From Candidatus Desantisbacteria bacterium CG1_02_49_89 (GTDB lineage Bacteria > Desantisbacteria > UBA1551), in contig MNUP01000143.1 of the NCBI GenBank assembly GCA_001871075.1, positions 1-62,376 on the forward strand: a DNA stretch of 62,376 nt. Direction: 5' to 3'. The notes beneath the pieces are model-generated. The model was given only the letters and a program-made list of their open reading frames with translations, was not told the DNA's origin and did no database searches. The position numbers were made by a program, and so were the translations under genes. Of this stretch, positions 7,859-16,796 are shown one piece after another (within the stretch, counting starts at the first letter, position 1; each line of letters opens with the position of its first letter).

Positions 7859-9598
7859 TTATGGGGCTGAAGCCCCTACTCCCAAAACTGCGGCTTTAAG
7901 GAAAGATTCGACTTCACCTGCCGTGGAAAAATTCATTGCTTTTTCAGCGATAATTTTCGCTTCGCTTAGTTTCGTATTGTTAATGACCTGCTTTACCGCC
8001 GGTATCGAGAACGGGCCCATGCTGAACTCGTCCAGACCCATACCGACAAGCAAGGGCACGAAAAACGGGTCACCCGCCATCTCACCGCACATGCTGACCT
8101 TTATGCCCGCGTTATGCCCGCCTGCTATCACCCTCTGCACAAGGCGCAGGACCGCGGGATGCAGGGGCTCGTAAAGATAGGCTATTTTTTCATTTACCCT
8201 GTCTATGCCAAGCGCGTACTGGATAAGGTCATTTGTCCCGATGCTGAAAAATTTCGCTTCCTTTGCCAGCAGGTCGGCTATCATAACCGCGGACGGGACC
8301 TCTATCATAACCCCGACCTCCAGGCCCCGGTTGAATTCAACGCCTTGCGAAGAAAGCTCCTCCCTCACGGAATCCAGGATGCGGTTTGCCCTCCTGAGCT
8401 CATCCATGCCCGAGATCAGCGGGTACATTATTTTTAGATTACCGAACGCGCTCGCGCGCAGGATCGCGCGCAGCTGGACCCTGAAAATATCCGCAAGTTC
8501 CAGGCACAGCCTGATGCCCCTGAATCCGAGCGACGGGTTTATCTCCTGGGACAGGTTCAGCTGGGAAAGGAATTTATCGCCGCCCAGGTCAAGGGTCCTT
8601 ATAGTCAGCGGGCGGGGGTCCATCAACCGCGCAACGTTCCTGTATGCCTCAAACTGTTCCTCCTCGTCAGGCAGGTCGTTACGGTTAAGGAACAGGAATT
8701 CAGTGCGGTACAGGCCTATGCCTTCCGCTCCGTATTGCAGGGCTGATCCAACCTCTTCCGGCACTTCTATGTTCGCCATCAGGCTGACCCTGTGCCCGTC
8801 AACGGTTATCGCGGGCTGCTCCCTCAGCTGGGAAAGCCCGGTTGATATTTCAATGAACTTTTCCCTGTCCTGCTTATACCTTAAGAGGACGTCTTCGCCG
8901 GGATTTACCAGGACGGTCCCGGTGTTGCCGTCCACAACAATGATGTCACCGGGATCAGCCTTTTGTGTGATATCCTTCAGGCCGACAACCGCCGGGATCT
9001 CGAGAGAACGCGCCATTATGGCGGTATGCGATGTCCTCCCGCCCATGTCGGTCACAAACGCGATAACCTTCTCCCTGCGCATCTGCGCGGTGTCCGACGG
9101 GGCAAGGTCTGCCGCAACCACTATCGTCTCTTCCTTCAGGTCCGCCAGTATTTCCCTTTCCCTGCCCAGGAGCTTATGCAGTATCCTTCTTCCGACATCA
9201 TGGATGTCAGCCGCCCTTTCCTGCAGGAACTGGTCTTTTGACCTCAGGAAGCTATCCGTGATCTCCTCTGTTGCCTCCCACACGGCAGCTTCCACGTTGC
9301 AGCGGCTGGCCTTTATGGTCCTGCGGATCTTGTCTATGAATATCGGGTCACCGAGCAGAAGGAGGTGTGCCTCGAATATCCGGGCGTTCTTAAGCCCGAT
9401 GGACCTCACCATTTTCTCCCTCAGCTCGTTCAGCTCTTTTCTTGAATCCCTCAGAGCGGCATCGAGCCGGGAAAATTCCTGTTTTATCCCTGCCTTGGGA
9501 ACAGTGTATCTCTTGATCGCAAAGTCTTCCTTATCCAGGAAAAAGGCTTTGCCGATCGCTATCCCGGGAGAAGCGGCTATCCCTTTCAATTCTAACAT
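7859..9598 (-). CDS. ptsI: Phosphoenolpyruvate-protein phosphotransferase (PTS enzyme I)
   Basis: MLELKGIAASPGIAIGKAF N-terminus, phospho-His region GGRTSHTAIMARSLEIPAVVG and a PEP-utilizer C-terminal domain. Start moved from the ORF start to the ATG at 9598. Confidence 0.9.
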   Translation of the reverse strand: MLELKGIAASPGIAIGKAFFLDKEDFAIKRYTVPKAGIKQEFSRLDAALRDSRKELNELREKMVRSIGLKNARIFEAHLLLLGDPIFIDKIRRTIKASRCNVEAAVWEATEEITDSFLRSKDQFLQERAADIHDVGRRILHKLLGREREILADLKEETIVVAADLAPSDTAQMRREKVIAFVTDMGGRTSHTAIMARSLEIPAVVGLKDITQKADPGDIIVVDGNTGTVLVNPGEDVLLRYKQDREKFIEISTGLSQLREQPAITVDGHRVSLMANIEVPEEVGSALQYGAEGIGLYRTEFLFLNRNDLPDEEEQFEAYRNVARLMDPRPLTIRTLDLGGDKFLSQLNLSQEINPSLGFRGIRLCLELADIFRVQLRAILRASAFGNLKIMYPLISGMDELRRANRILDSVREELSSQGVEFNRGLEVGVMIEVPSAVMIADLLAKEAKFFSIGTNDLIQYALGIDRVNEKIAYLYEPLHPAVLRLVQRVIAGGHNAGIKVSMCGEMAGDPFFVPLLVGMGLDEFSMGPFSIPAVKQVINNTKLSEAKIIAEKAMNFSTAGEVESFLKAAVLGVGASAP

Positions 9599-9610
9599 AG
9601 ATTCCTCTGT

Positions 9611-9667
9611 GATTACGGTGATTTCTAAAAAAATGATTACAGTGATTATTAGAAGATGATTACGGTG
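9611..9667 (-). promoter_or_regulatory. Three direct CACYGTAATC words immediately upstream of the ptsI SD
   Basis: gattacggtg (9611), gattacagtg (9635) and gattacggtg (9658) on the + strand, spaced 23-24 bp. Confidence 0.5.
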
Positions 9668-9800
9668 TTGAAACTTTTTACAGGGATTCAAAGAGATTTA
9701 AACTGCCGTTTTCAGGGCTAAAGCCCTGAGTTACTTATGTATGACGTACAGCTTGCCCGCCAATTTTACTGGGCGGGACTTACGACGCTCGACGGCATTA

Positions 9801-10064
9801 CTATTCTTCACCGAATTTGTCTTTTATGAGCTTTTCAAGTTCTTCCAGCGCCTGTTCTTCGTCAGGTCCCGCGGCCTTTATCGTTATGCTGCTGCCGGAC
9901 GTGGCGCCCAGCATCATCATTCCCAGGATGCTCTTCCCGTTCACCTCAATGTCACCCTTCCTGACCTTGACATTGGACTGGAACTTACCCGCCAGCTGCA
10001 CAAAGGTGGCCGCGGAACGGGCGTGTAATCCCGCTTTATTAGTGATCTTGACGGTGGTTTGCAT
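9801..10064 (-). CDS. ptsH: Phosphocarrier protein HPr
   Basis: GLHARSAA (His15 site) and NGKSILGMM (Ser46 site) motifs. 87 aa. Confidence 0.9.
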   Translation of the reverse strand: MQTTVKITNKAGLHARSAATFVQLAGKFQSNVKVRKGDIEVNGKSILGMMMLGATSGSSITIKAAGPDEEQALEELEKLIKDKFGEE

Positions 10065-10076
10065 TGAATACCTTAT

Positions 10077-10165
10077 TTATGAATTATGAATCAAAAACAA
10101 GGATTTTTTATTTAAAATTAACTCCTTGCAGTTAATTCATAACTCATAATTCATAACTCATAATT
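10077..10165 (-). mobile_element. Short member of the ATTATGA-arm MITE-like family
   Basis: ttatgaattatgaatc (10077..10092) is complementary to attcataa words in 10134..10165. The core caaaaacaagg resembles caacaacaagg in other copies. The element covers the GH57 stop codon. Confidence 0.6.
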
Positions 10166-12230
10166 TTTTTATTTCAAGGATGATCTCGTTCTCCCACTTT
10201 CCCCCCGGGGGGATCGAGATCTTCCAGTGCGGCAGGATAGTTGAACCCTGGTACGTCTGTTCTATGCCGCTCTCCGACTGAGTAACCGTGTAGATCGGGA
10301 AGCGCCACACAACCGGTTTTTCCCTGAACGACAGCGAAAGGCACAATCCCTGCCAGCCGTCTATAAGCCTGACCTCGCCTGCACCTGCCGTCTCGCCGGT
10401 TGAGGCAAGGCTGCTGTCCTCCAGGGCCGCTCCCGGTATCTCGAAATATCTTTTCGGGTCATTGCCCGCGAGAAGCGTAAGGTTAAACTCAACGCCGAAA
10501 ATAAAGTGCTTCTCTTCCCGGGCCCGGTTTGAAATAATATAGCCCGCGCTTAACGCGGACCCCTGCTTGCCCAGCATGACTGTTTTTTCAACGCTGATGC
10601 CGCCTTCTTCCCTGGACATTTCCACTCCGGCGCCATTCCTGTCTTTTTTTATCCTGTACGCGTACGGCGAGAAAATAAAACCCGTGACCGGCGGCGAATC
10701 CCTGAATGCCGGTATATCCATGCCTTCCCGCAGGAAATGGTCTATCAGAGAAACTCTCCTGTACAGGTCATATTTCAACAGCTCCTCAAGACCCTCTGTC
10801 TTGAGCTTGAACATCTCGTGGATGCTCTTTACGCCGCCTTCCCTGCCGCCGCGCGCAGACTCTCTTATCTTCGCGTGGTATTCTTCAAAACGCCGCGTCA
10901 TTGTGTCCGTAAAATTAAAATAAGGGCCCGCCTTGTAATCCAGCTCGAACATCTGGCCGCCCGAGAACGGGCTTATCACCGCGCTGAGCGCGCTGTTTGA
11001 CAGGATGACCTCAGGCTTACCGTCCTTGTTGAGATCGGTCTCCTCAACGCTCACCCAGTCTTCCCGGCCGCCGCGCAGCTCTTTGTCCGCTATGGCTTCG
11101 GCATGGATCAGGTGCGAATAGCAGGCGCCGCGCAGGTAATTAAGGTACAGCCCGCCGAAGATCCCGTGCCAGTAAGGGTCGTTGCACTGGCCCTGCAGCA
11201 GCTCGTCCCGCGCCTGCCTGAACGCCGCGTTTCCCGGCAGATCCTTCAGTTCCCTGACCTTCGCGCTGACGAAAAGCATCTTCTTGTGAAGGTTGTTTGA
11301 TTCCGGGTATTTTACCAGGAAATTCCGCCAGAATCCTTTTGACCACTCAAGCATTTCCTTGTATGAACCGGGCGGCAGGTATATCATGCCTCTTGAAAGA
11401 TGCTTGCGCATTGCTTCTGAAAGGGTCAGCGTCCTTATCCAGGGGTTTTCATCCAGGAGCTGAAGGAATTTTACAAGCCATCCTTCCTCGTAAACCCACT
11501 TGTGGGTCCCGGGCCACACGCCGAACTTTTCCCCGTCATCCACCAGGGTTATGAGCCTGGGATCCCCGTTTTCCTCGCTCTGCGAGCCATGCCGAAGGTC
11601 CTGCCGAAGGTCCTGGCGAAGTGTCTGCTCAAAAAACTCAAGGACCTGGTCTATGCCCTTGAACGGAACAAGGTACCTGAGCTTTTCATTTATGGGGAAA
11701 ATGCTGAGGGGCATCCCCTCTTCCTCAGTTGTGAAATAACCGTGTATATCTCGGTCGTTAAGCCCTGCCAGCCTGAAATGGTGGTCATCCACCAGCGTAA
11801 AATCAATGCCCGCCGCGCGCAATGCCCTGGGCAGGTGCGGCTCCCAGACCCTTTCGGCAAGCCAGGCTCCCTTCGGGCTGCATCCCAGTTTCTCCCTGAG
11901 GAGAGAGGACATCAGCCGTATCTGCGCGGCCTGGTCTTCCTCGGGTATGGACGGCAGTATGGGCTCGTAAATGCCGCCGCCTATCGCCTCTGCCTGGCCG
12001 GAATCCACCATTTCCTTCAGCATCCGCAGAAATTCCGGGTGATTCTCGCCGAACCATTTCAGAAGTATGCCGCAGTAGTGGAACGATATCCTGATCCCGG
12101 GGTGTTTCCTCACCATTTCGATGAAAGGAAGATATGACTTCCTGTAACAATCCTCGAAGACGTGGCTGAAATTCCCCACCGGCTGGTGGCAGTGGATGCC
12201 GAATACGAAGTCTATCTTCTTATTATCCAT
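10158..12230 (-). CDS. GH57 family glycoside hydrolase (alpha-amylase / 4-alpha-glucanotransferase type)
   Basis: FVFGIHCHQPVGNF N-terminal GH57 signature in a ~690-aa architecture. ATG 12230 is preferred over the TTG at 12242. Confidence 0.8.
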   Translation of the reverse strand: MDNKKIDFVFGIHCHQPVGNFSHVFEDCYRKSYLPFIEMVRKHPGIRISFHYCGILLKWFGENHPEFLRMLKEMVDSGQAEAIGGGIYEPILPSIPEEDQAAQIRLMSSLLREKLGCSPKGAWLAERVWEPHLPRALRAAGIDFTLVDDHHFRLAGLNDRDIHGYFTTEEEGMPLSIFPINEKLRYLVPFKGIDQVLEFFEQTLRQDLRQDLRHGSQSEENGDPRLITLVDDGEKFGVWPGTHKWVYEEGWLVKFLQLLDENPWIRTLTLSEAMRKHLSRGMIYLPPGSYKEMLEWSKGFWRNFLVKYPESNNLHKKMLFVSAKVRELKDLPGNAAFRQARDELLQGQCNDPYWHGIFGGLYLNYLRGACYSHLIHAEAIADKELRGGREDWVSVEETDLNKDGKPEVILSNSALSAVISPFSGGQMFELDYKAGPYFNFTDTMTRRFEEYHAKIRESARGGREGGVKSIHEMFKLKTEGLEELLKYDLYRRVSLIDHFLREGMDIPAFRDSPPVTGFIFSPYAYRIKKDRNGAGVEMSREEGGISVEKTVMLGKQGSALSAGYIISNRAREEKHFIFGVEFNLTLLAGNDPKRYFEIPGAALEDSSLASTGETAGAGEVRLIDGWQGLCLSLSFREKPVVWRFPIYTVTQSESGIEQTYQGSTILPHWKISIPPGGKWENEIILEIKKL

Positions 12231-12323
12231 TGCAAAAGTCAAAATGTCCCTAAGGGATTCCTGCGTTTAGATTTCATAAAAATCTGCGGGAACAAATTGC
12301 AAAATTTAAAAGTAAAAAATAAA

Positions 12324-12400
12324 CCACGGAGACACGGAGGCACAGAGAATCAATTTCTTGCTTTCAACTTTTAACCTTTAACATTTAACTTTCAACTATT
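12324..12400. repeat. CCACGGAGACACGGAGGCACAGAGAA module followed by a TTAAC/TTCAAC word array
   Basis: The module recurs at 50311..50336, inverted at 20669..20692 and degenerate at 255..282. The word array at 12361..12400 resembles 14444..14487. Confidence 0.75.
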
Positions 12401-12406
12401 GTTTAA

Positions 12407-14059
12407 TCACTCGCGGCACGCGAAAATATTATAATCCAGGTCAGCGAACAGATTGTCCGCGCCGTTTACCCGCGCAACCAGGTTCCCCAGTTCCTCGTCG
12501 CCCGCCCCGGAATCGACAAGCCCGCATATCGCGTCGAAATTCTCGCAGTGCCGGGAAAACCTTTCGCGTCCGTATTCCTTTGCCTGGCCTGTTGTCACCA
12601 GGAAAGGCCAGTCGCTGGACTCAAGCAGGAGGAGTTCCCTTCCGGCCTGGTCCAGGGCATCCTTAAGTATCCCCGCGGCACCGCCGTACCTGGCAACCAT
12701 CTCCTCCATTTTCTTTTCTCTCTCGTGGATATGCACCCACATCTTCTCTGTCTCTGAATTCAGCCACACGTGATGGTAACCGCCGGCCCCCCAGGAAGTT
12801 TCGGGAAGCTTGATGGCCTGCTGCGGCGGGTGCTTTTCCAGATAACCGCCCAGTGTGGTAATCTCTATGCCGTTTTCCGCGAGCGAAAGCGCCCTGAGGG
12901 CCTTTTCCAGGAACATAACGCCCTCAAACCACCAGTGGCCGAAAAGCTCCGAGTCATAAGGGGCAACAACTATGCCGAACGCGCCGCCTCCGGCTGAGCT
13001 GAAATCCGAAAGCATCCGGCCCACCATTCCCGTGAGATGCGAAGCATTCTCACAGACCCTGGAATATATTTTTTCCCTGGCGTAAATTTCTTTCTCTCCC
13101 AGCCCCGCTTTCGCGTTCGTGATCTTCCAGTATTGCAGCCCTGACTCTGAATCCTTTTTATGGAATTCCCGGTAATTGCCGTCTCCCGGGTAGCCGTATT
13201 CACCCGACCAAACCTGCATGCCTGTCCGGCGGTTCCTGGCAAAAACGCTGCATTCCGATCCAAGGACGTAGGGAAGCAGGCTGGTCCTGGACCCGGGCTC
13301 CCCCTTCTGTTCCAGCGTGAATTTCTTCGCTCCCGGTGCAGACGTGCGGCTTGCCGGGAAACTTTCGCCGCCTTCGAAAGCGTGCGTATCAACTATAAAA
13401 AAATCTATGCCGGCAGACCTCAGGAACTCATCGATCCCCTTCTTCAGGCGGGAACTGCCGTCCTCGCGCATTTCGTAGGAAGGGCGGTAAGCGCATTCGG
13501 GAAGCCAGAAACCTTTCGGTTTCCTGCCAAGGTATTTTTCATAGGTCCTGACCCCTGTTTCCACCTGGGCGTATATGGAAGAATCCCTGATAAGAAGCGG
13601 CAGGTAGCCGTGCGTTGCCGCGCTCGCTATGATCTCAAGATAGCCGGCATCCTGTAGATCCCTGAACGCGCCCGTAACATTTCCCCTGTAAACTGAATCG
13701 AAGCTCCTGAGCGTTGAAGAGTAAAACTCCCTGTAGAACCGCGCTATTTTCAGCATCGCCGCGTCTGACGAGAATCTTTTTATGTCGGATTCGGCGCGGC
13801 TTATCCTGTCGGCAACATATACCCTGAACTGCGAAAGCATGTATTCGTCCGCCATCTGCTCCAAAAGAACCGGCGTCAGGCTGATCGTCAGGCTTGCCCT
13901 GCACCCGTCCCTCCTGAGGCTGTTTAGCATGTCAAGTATGGGAATATATGTTTCTGCCATCGCCTCGTAGAACCATTCTTCCCCGAACGGCCATACCCCG
14001 GCTTTGCGGACGAAAGGCAGGTGGGTATGCAGGACAAAAGCGAACGCTCCTTTTTTCAT
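12407..14059 (-). CDS. GH57 1,4-alpha-glucan branching enzyme
   Basis: MKKGAFAFVLHTHLPFVRK N-terminus and ~550-aa length are typical of GH57 branching enzymes. Confidence 0.75.
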   Translation of the reverse strand: MKKGAFAFVLHTHLPFVRKAGVWPFGEEWFYEAMAETYIPILDMLNSLRRDGCRASLTISLTPVLLEQMADEYMLSQFRVYVADRISRAESDIKRFSSDAAMLKIARFYREFYSSTLRSFDSVYRGNVTGAFRDLQDAGYLEIIASAATHGYLPLLIRDSSIYAQVETGVRTYEKYLGRKPKGFWLPECAYRPSYEMREDGSSRLKKGIDEFLRSAGIDFFIVDTHAFEGGESFPASRTSAPGAKKFTLEQKGEPGSRTSLLPYVLGSECSVFARNRRTGMQVWSGEYGYPGDGNYREFHKKDSESGLQYWKITNAKAGLGEKEIYAREKIYSRVCENASHLTGMVGRMLSDFSSAGGGAFGIVVAPYDSELFGHWWFEGVMFLEKALRALSLAENGIEITTLGGYLEKHPPQQAIKLPETSWGAGGYHHVWLNSETEKMWVHIHEREKKMEEMVARYGGAAGILKDALDQAGRELLLLESSDWPFLVTTGQAKEYGRERFSRHCENFDAICGLVDSGAGDEELGNLVARVNGADNLFADLDYNIFACRE

Positions 14060-14091
14060 TGAAAATCCTTTTTAACCACAGAGAAATACAC

Positions 14092-14298
14092 TTTTTTACA
14101 GGGATTCACGAGATTCATAATGCCGTCGTGCGTCATGCGTCGAACGTCTTACGTAAATACCGTCGTATGTCGTAGGTCATACGTTTAAAAGATTCATGCG
14201 CACGACGCAAGACGTACGACGTTCGACGTGAAACGAACGACGTACGACTTACGACGTAAGACGGAATCTAAATCTCTTTCGAAGATCACTGTAAAAAG
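14092..14298. mobile_element. MITE-like element: TTTTACAGGGAT-type inverted termini around a CGTACGACG-word hairpin
   Basis: ttttttacagggattcacgagattcataa (14092..14120) faces ggaatctaaatctctttcgaagatcactgtaaaaag (14263..14298). The interior is an imperfect palindrome of cgtacgacg/cgtcgtatg words. Confidence 0.6.
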
Positions 14299-14487
14299 CT
14301 TTTACAGGGATCCTGCGAGCGGGATTTAAACTGCTGTTCCAGGGCTGAAACCCTGAGTTACATTGCAAACCTAAAGGTTTGCCCTACGAAAACTAATAGC
14401 AGAGCAAGCTCTGCCACTACCAAAACACGCAGACCTTCTGGTTTTCAACCTTTAACTTTTAACCTTTAACCTTCAACGTTCAACCGT
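14299..14487 (-). repeat. Solo TTTTACAGGGAT unit, three hairpin+CTAC units and a TTCAAC word array covering the hprK stop
   Basis: Unit at 14299..14331. Hairpin units at 14340..14361, 14365..14387 and 14399..14420. Words at 14444..14487. Confidence 0.75.
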
Positions 14488-15421
14488 TATCGGACTGCAG
14501 CGCGCGCCTTTTTAGGCTCTCGTTGAGCTCGAAGGCGCTGAGCACGCCCATTTTTTTCAGGCGGTAATTCATTGCCGCGACCTCAATAATAATTGCCAGG
14601 TTCCTTCCGGGCCTGACAGGTATTATTAATTTAGGAAGCTGTATCCCCAGGATCGAACACTTGCTATCTTTCAGGCCCAGCCTTTCATAGGACTTGCCCT
14701 TTTTCCATTCCTCCAGGAAAACCACCAGCTCTATTCTTTTCTTGTCTCTGATACCCCTTGTCCCGAAAAGGTTCTTGATATCTATTATGCCAAGCCCCCT
14801 GATCTCCATATGATGGCCTATCATGTCGTTTGAACTGCCGCTCAGGGTCCTTCCGGGCTCTGCTTTCATCTTTATCACGTCGTCGGCTACCAGCCTGTGC
14901 CCCCTTTCGATCAGTTCCAGGGCAGTCTCGCTCTTCCCCATTCCGCTGTTGCCCTGTATAAGGACCCCCACTCCGTACACCTCAACAAGGTCGCCGTGGC
15001 ACGTGTAAACCGGGGCAAGCTCTGACGCAAGCGAAAAGGTCAGCTTGCTTATGAATTCCTGTGTCTCCATGTCCGTCGAAAATAACGGAGTGGAGTATTT
15101 CTCGCAGAATTTCAGTATATCGGGCGGCGGCTTAAGGTTTTTCGTCATTATAATGCAGGGCAGGTTTGTGGAAAAAAATTCGCGCAGGCGCTCCCTGCGT
15201 GTTCCGGGTTTCAGTCCGCGCAGGTACGAAAATTCGGTCATACCCAGTATCTGCATCCTTTTCGAAGGGAAATACTGGAAATAACCGCTGAAAGCCAGGC
15301 CTGGACGGTTTATTTCGGAAAAAACAACCTTGCTGCCAAGCCCCTTCCCGCCGGCTACCAGCCTGAGCCTGAGGTTTTTTTTCTCACTTTCAAAAATATC
15401 GCGGACGGTAAGCTGTGCCAT
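14480..15421 (-). CDS. hprK: HPr kinase/phosphorylase
   Basis: P-loop and signature GVGVLIQGNSGMGKSETALELIERGHRLVADD. 313 aa. Confidence 0.9.
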   Translation of the reverse strand: MAQLTVRDIFESEKKNLRLRLVAGGKGLGSKVVFSEINRPGLAFSGYFQYFPSKRMQILGMTEFSYLRGLKPGTRRERLREFFSTNLPCIIMTKNLKPPPDILKFCEKYSTPLFSTDMETQEFISKLTFSLASELAPVYTCHGDLVEVYGVGVLIQGNSGMGKSETALELIERGHRLVADDVIKMKAEPGRTLSGSSNDMIGHHMEIRGLGIIDIKNLFGTRGIRDKKRIELVVFLEEWKKGKSYERLGLKDSKCSILGIQLPKLIIPVRPGRNLAIIIEVAAMNYRLKKMGVLSAFELNESLKRRALQSDNG

Positions 15422-15530
15422 CCCACCCCCTATAAATCCAGTGTCCAGTCAAAACAATTATAAATGTAAAACAGATTCCTTCATTTTACATTTTTAATTT
15501 TAAATTTTTAATTGAACATTGTCACTGCAG

Positions 15531-15998
15531 TTAAATAAGCGTGTCTTCTTCTGCTATTACCTTCACTACTTCCTGCGTATTTGCCGCTTTGCGGAGAACC
15601 GACCTGAAATATTTATGCTTCAGCAGCCTCGAGATCTTCGCAAGCGCCTTTATGTGCAGGCTCGAGGCATCCGTCGGTGCCACCAGGAGAAACAGCAGGT
15701 ATACGGGCTTTCCGTCAAGAGCGTCAAACGCAACGCCGTCATTGGACTTGCCGAAAGCAGCCACTACTTCCTTGACCGCGTCGGTCTTTGCGTGGGGGAT
15801 CGCTATCCCCTGCCCTATACCCGTGGAGCCCAGCTCTTCCCTTTCAAGAAGGACCTTTATAACCTTCTCACTTTCAGACGGCTCCAGCTTCTTTGATCTT
15901 ACAAGAAGCTCCACTAACTCCTGGATCGCTTCCTTCTTCGTTTTACTGGCAAGCTCGACCGAGATTGCCTCCTTCGGTAGAAAATCCAATATCTTCAT
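15531..15998 (-). CDS. ptsN: PTS EIIA(Ntr)-type regulatory protein
   Basis: EIIA fructose/Ntr fold with the active-site GQGIAIPHAK. 155 aa. It sits between hpf and hprK. Confidence 0.85.
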   Translation of the reverse strand: MKILDFLPKEAISVELASKTKKEAIQELVELLVRSKKLEPSESEKVIKVLLEREELGSTGIGQGIAIPHAKTDAVKEVVAAFGKSNDGVAFDALDGKPVYLLFLLVAPTDASSLHIKALAKISRLLKHKYFRSVLRKAANTQEVVKVIAEEDTLI

Positions 15999-16025
15999 GC
16001 ATCACCCTCCTTTTTACTTAAATAT

Positions 16026-16056
16026 GATTCCAGTGATTATTAAAGAGATTACGGTG
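16026..16056 (-). promoter_or_regulatory. Two direct CACYGKAATC words upstream of the ptsN SD
   Basis: gattccagtg (16026) and gattacggtg (16047) on the + strand, 21 bp apart. Confidence 0.45.
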
Positions 16057-16063
16057 TTAAAGC

Positions 16064-16140
16064 TTTTTTACAGGGATTTAAAGAGATTTAAGAGGCTGAA
16101 ATACATTACAGTTTAAATCCCGTTGAATCCCTGTTAAAAA
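16064..16140. mobile_element. Minimal MITE-like hairpin of TTTTACAGGGAT units
   Basis: ttttttacagggatttaaagagatttaag faces gtttaaatcccgttgaatccctgttaaaaa across an ~18-nt loop. Confidence 0.6.
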
Positions 16141-16210
16141 TTTCTTTGCATCGAATAGACCTAAATTTTACATTTTACAATTTGCATTTTACATTTTGCA
16201 ATGATTCAGT

Positions 16211-16777
16211 TTATGGTTCTAAAAGCCCGTATTTCCCGTCCTTGCGCTTGTAAATTATATTAAGCCTGTAATTATCCGCGTTCTGAAAAACCAGAAAGAT
16301 ATTCCCGGAAAGGTCAAGCTGCGCCTTCGCTTCGTCCACGGTCATCGGCTTGGTTACCGGTATTTTTTTAACTACGACGCCTTCGGGCGCGCCCTCGCCC
16401 GGGCCCGGCGCGTATCCTGCGCCTGAAGCGGCAAGCATTTCTTCTTTATCATGTGTCGCGCCAAGCATTGATCTTCTTTTCTTTTCGCTTTTGAGCTTAT
16501 CCTTGAATTTCCTGGCCTGTTTTTCAAGCTTTTCTTTTACCGCGTCAATTGAAGCGTACATGTCAGACGTTGAAGCCTGGGCGTAAATAACCGTTCCCTT
16601 CCCGGTCCCGCCTATAGTGACTTCCGCGAGGAACATTTCCCTTTCCGCGCCGAGGATCGCGTTAGCCCAGTCGCCATCCCTTCTGAAATATTTTTCGAGG
16701 GACAAGATCCTTTTTCTGATATAAGCCTTGATGGGGTCCGTGAGCTCAATGTGCTTTCCGGTGATCGAAATGTCCAT
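16211..16777 (-). CDS. hpf: Ribosome hibernation promoting factor (long HPF)
   Basis: RaiA/sigma54-modulation N-domain plus a C-terminal dimerisation domain (NADNYRLNIIYKRKDGKYGLLEP). Strong SD. Confidence 0.85.
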   Translation of the reverse strand: MDISITGKHIELTDPIKAYIRKRILSLEKYFRRDGDWANAILGAEREMFLAEVTIGGTGKGTVIYAQASTSDMYASIDAVKEKLEKQARKFKDKLKSEKKRRSMLGATHDKEEMLAASGAGYAPGPGEGAPEGVVVKKIPVTKPMTVDEAKAQLDLSGNIFLVFQNADNYRLNIIYKRKDGKYGLLEP

Positions 16778-16796
16778 GCCCTCTCCTTTGAACAGA

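Noticed and set aside
8205-9659. A 484-aa ORF antisense to ptsI. Similar long antisense ORFs occur at 17062..17889, 18685..19740, 37598..38260, 43993..44700 and 50393..51400.
   Set aside because: These are shadow ORFs opposite well-supported genes. They have Ser/Arg/Pro-rich low-complexity translations, no SD and no recognisable motifs.
12242-12242. Longer ORF-track starts using TTG/GTG or upstream ATG codons (12242, 20010, 20623, 35778, 37246, 41057, 56178, 58715, 29707).
   Set aside because: Downstream starts have better SD spacing and N-termini matching the protein families. The extensions often overlap the upstream gene or repeat DNA. The choice remains uncertain for phoH (19998 vs 20010) and the CooF-like gene (45431 vs 45422).
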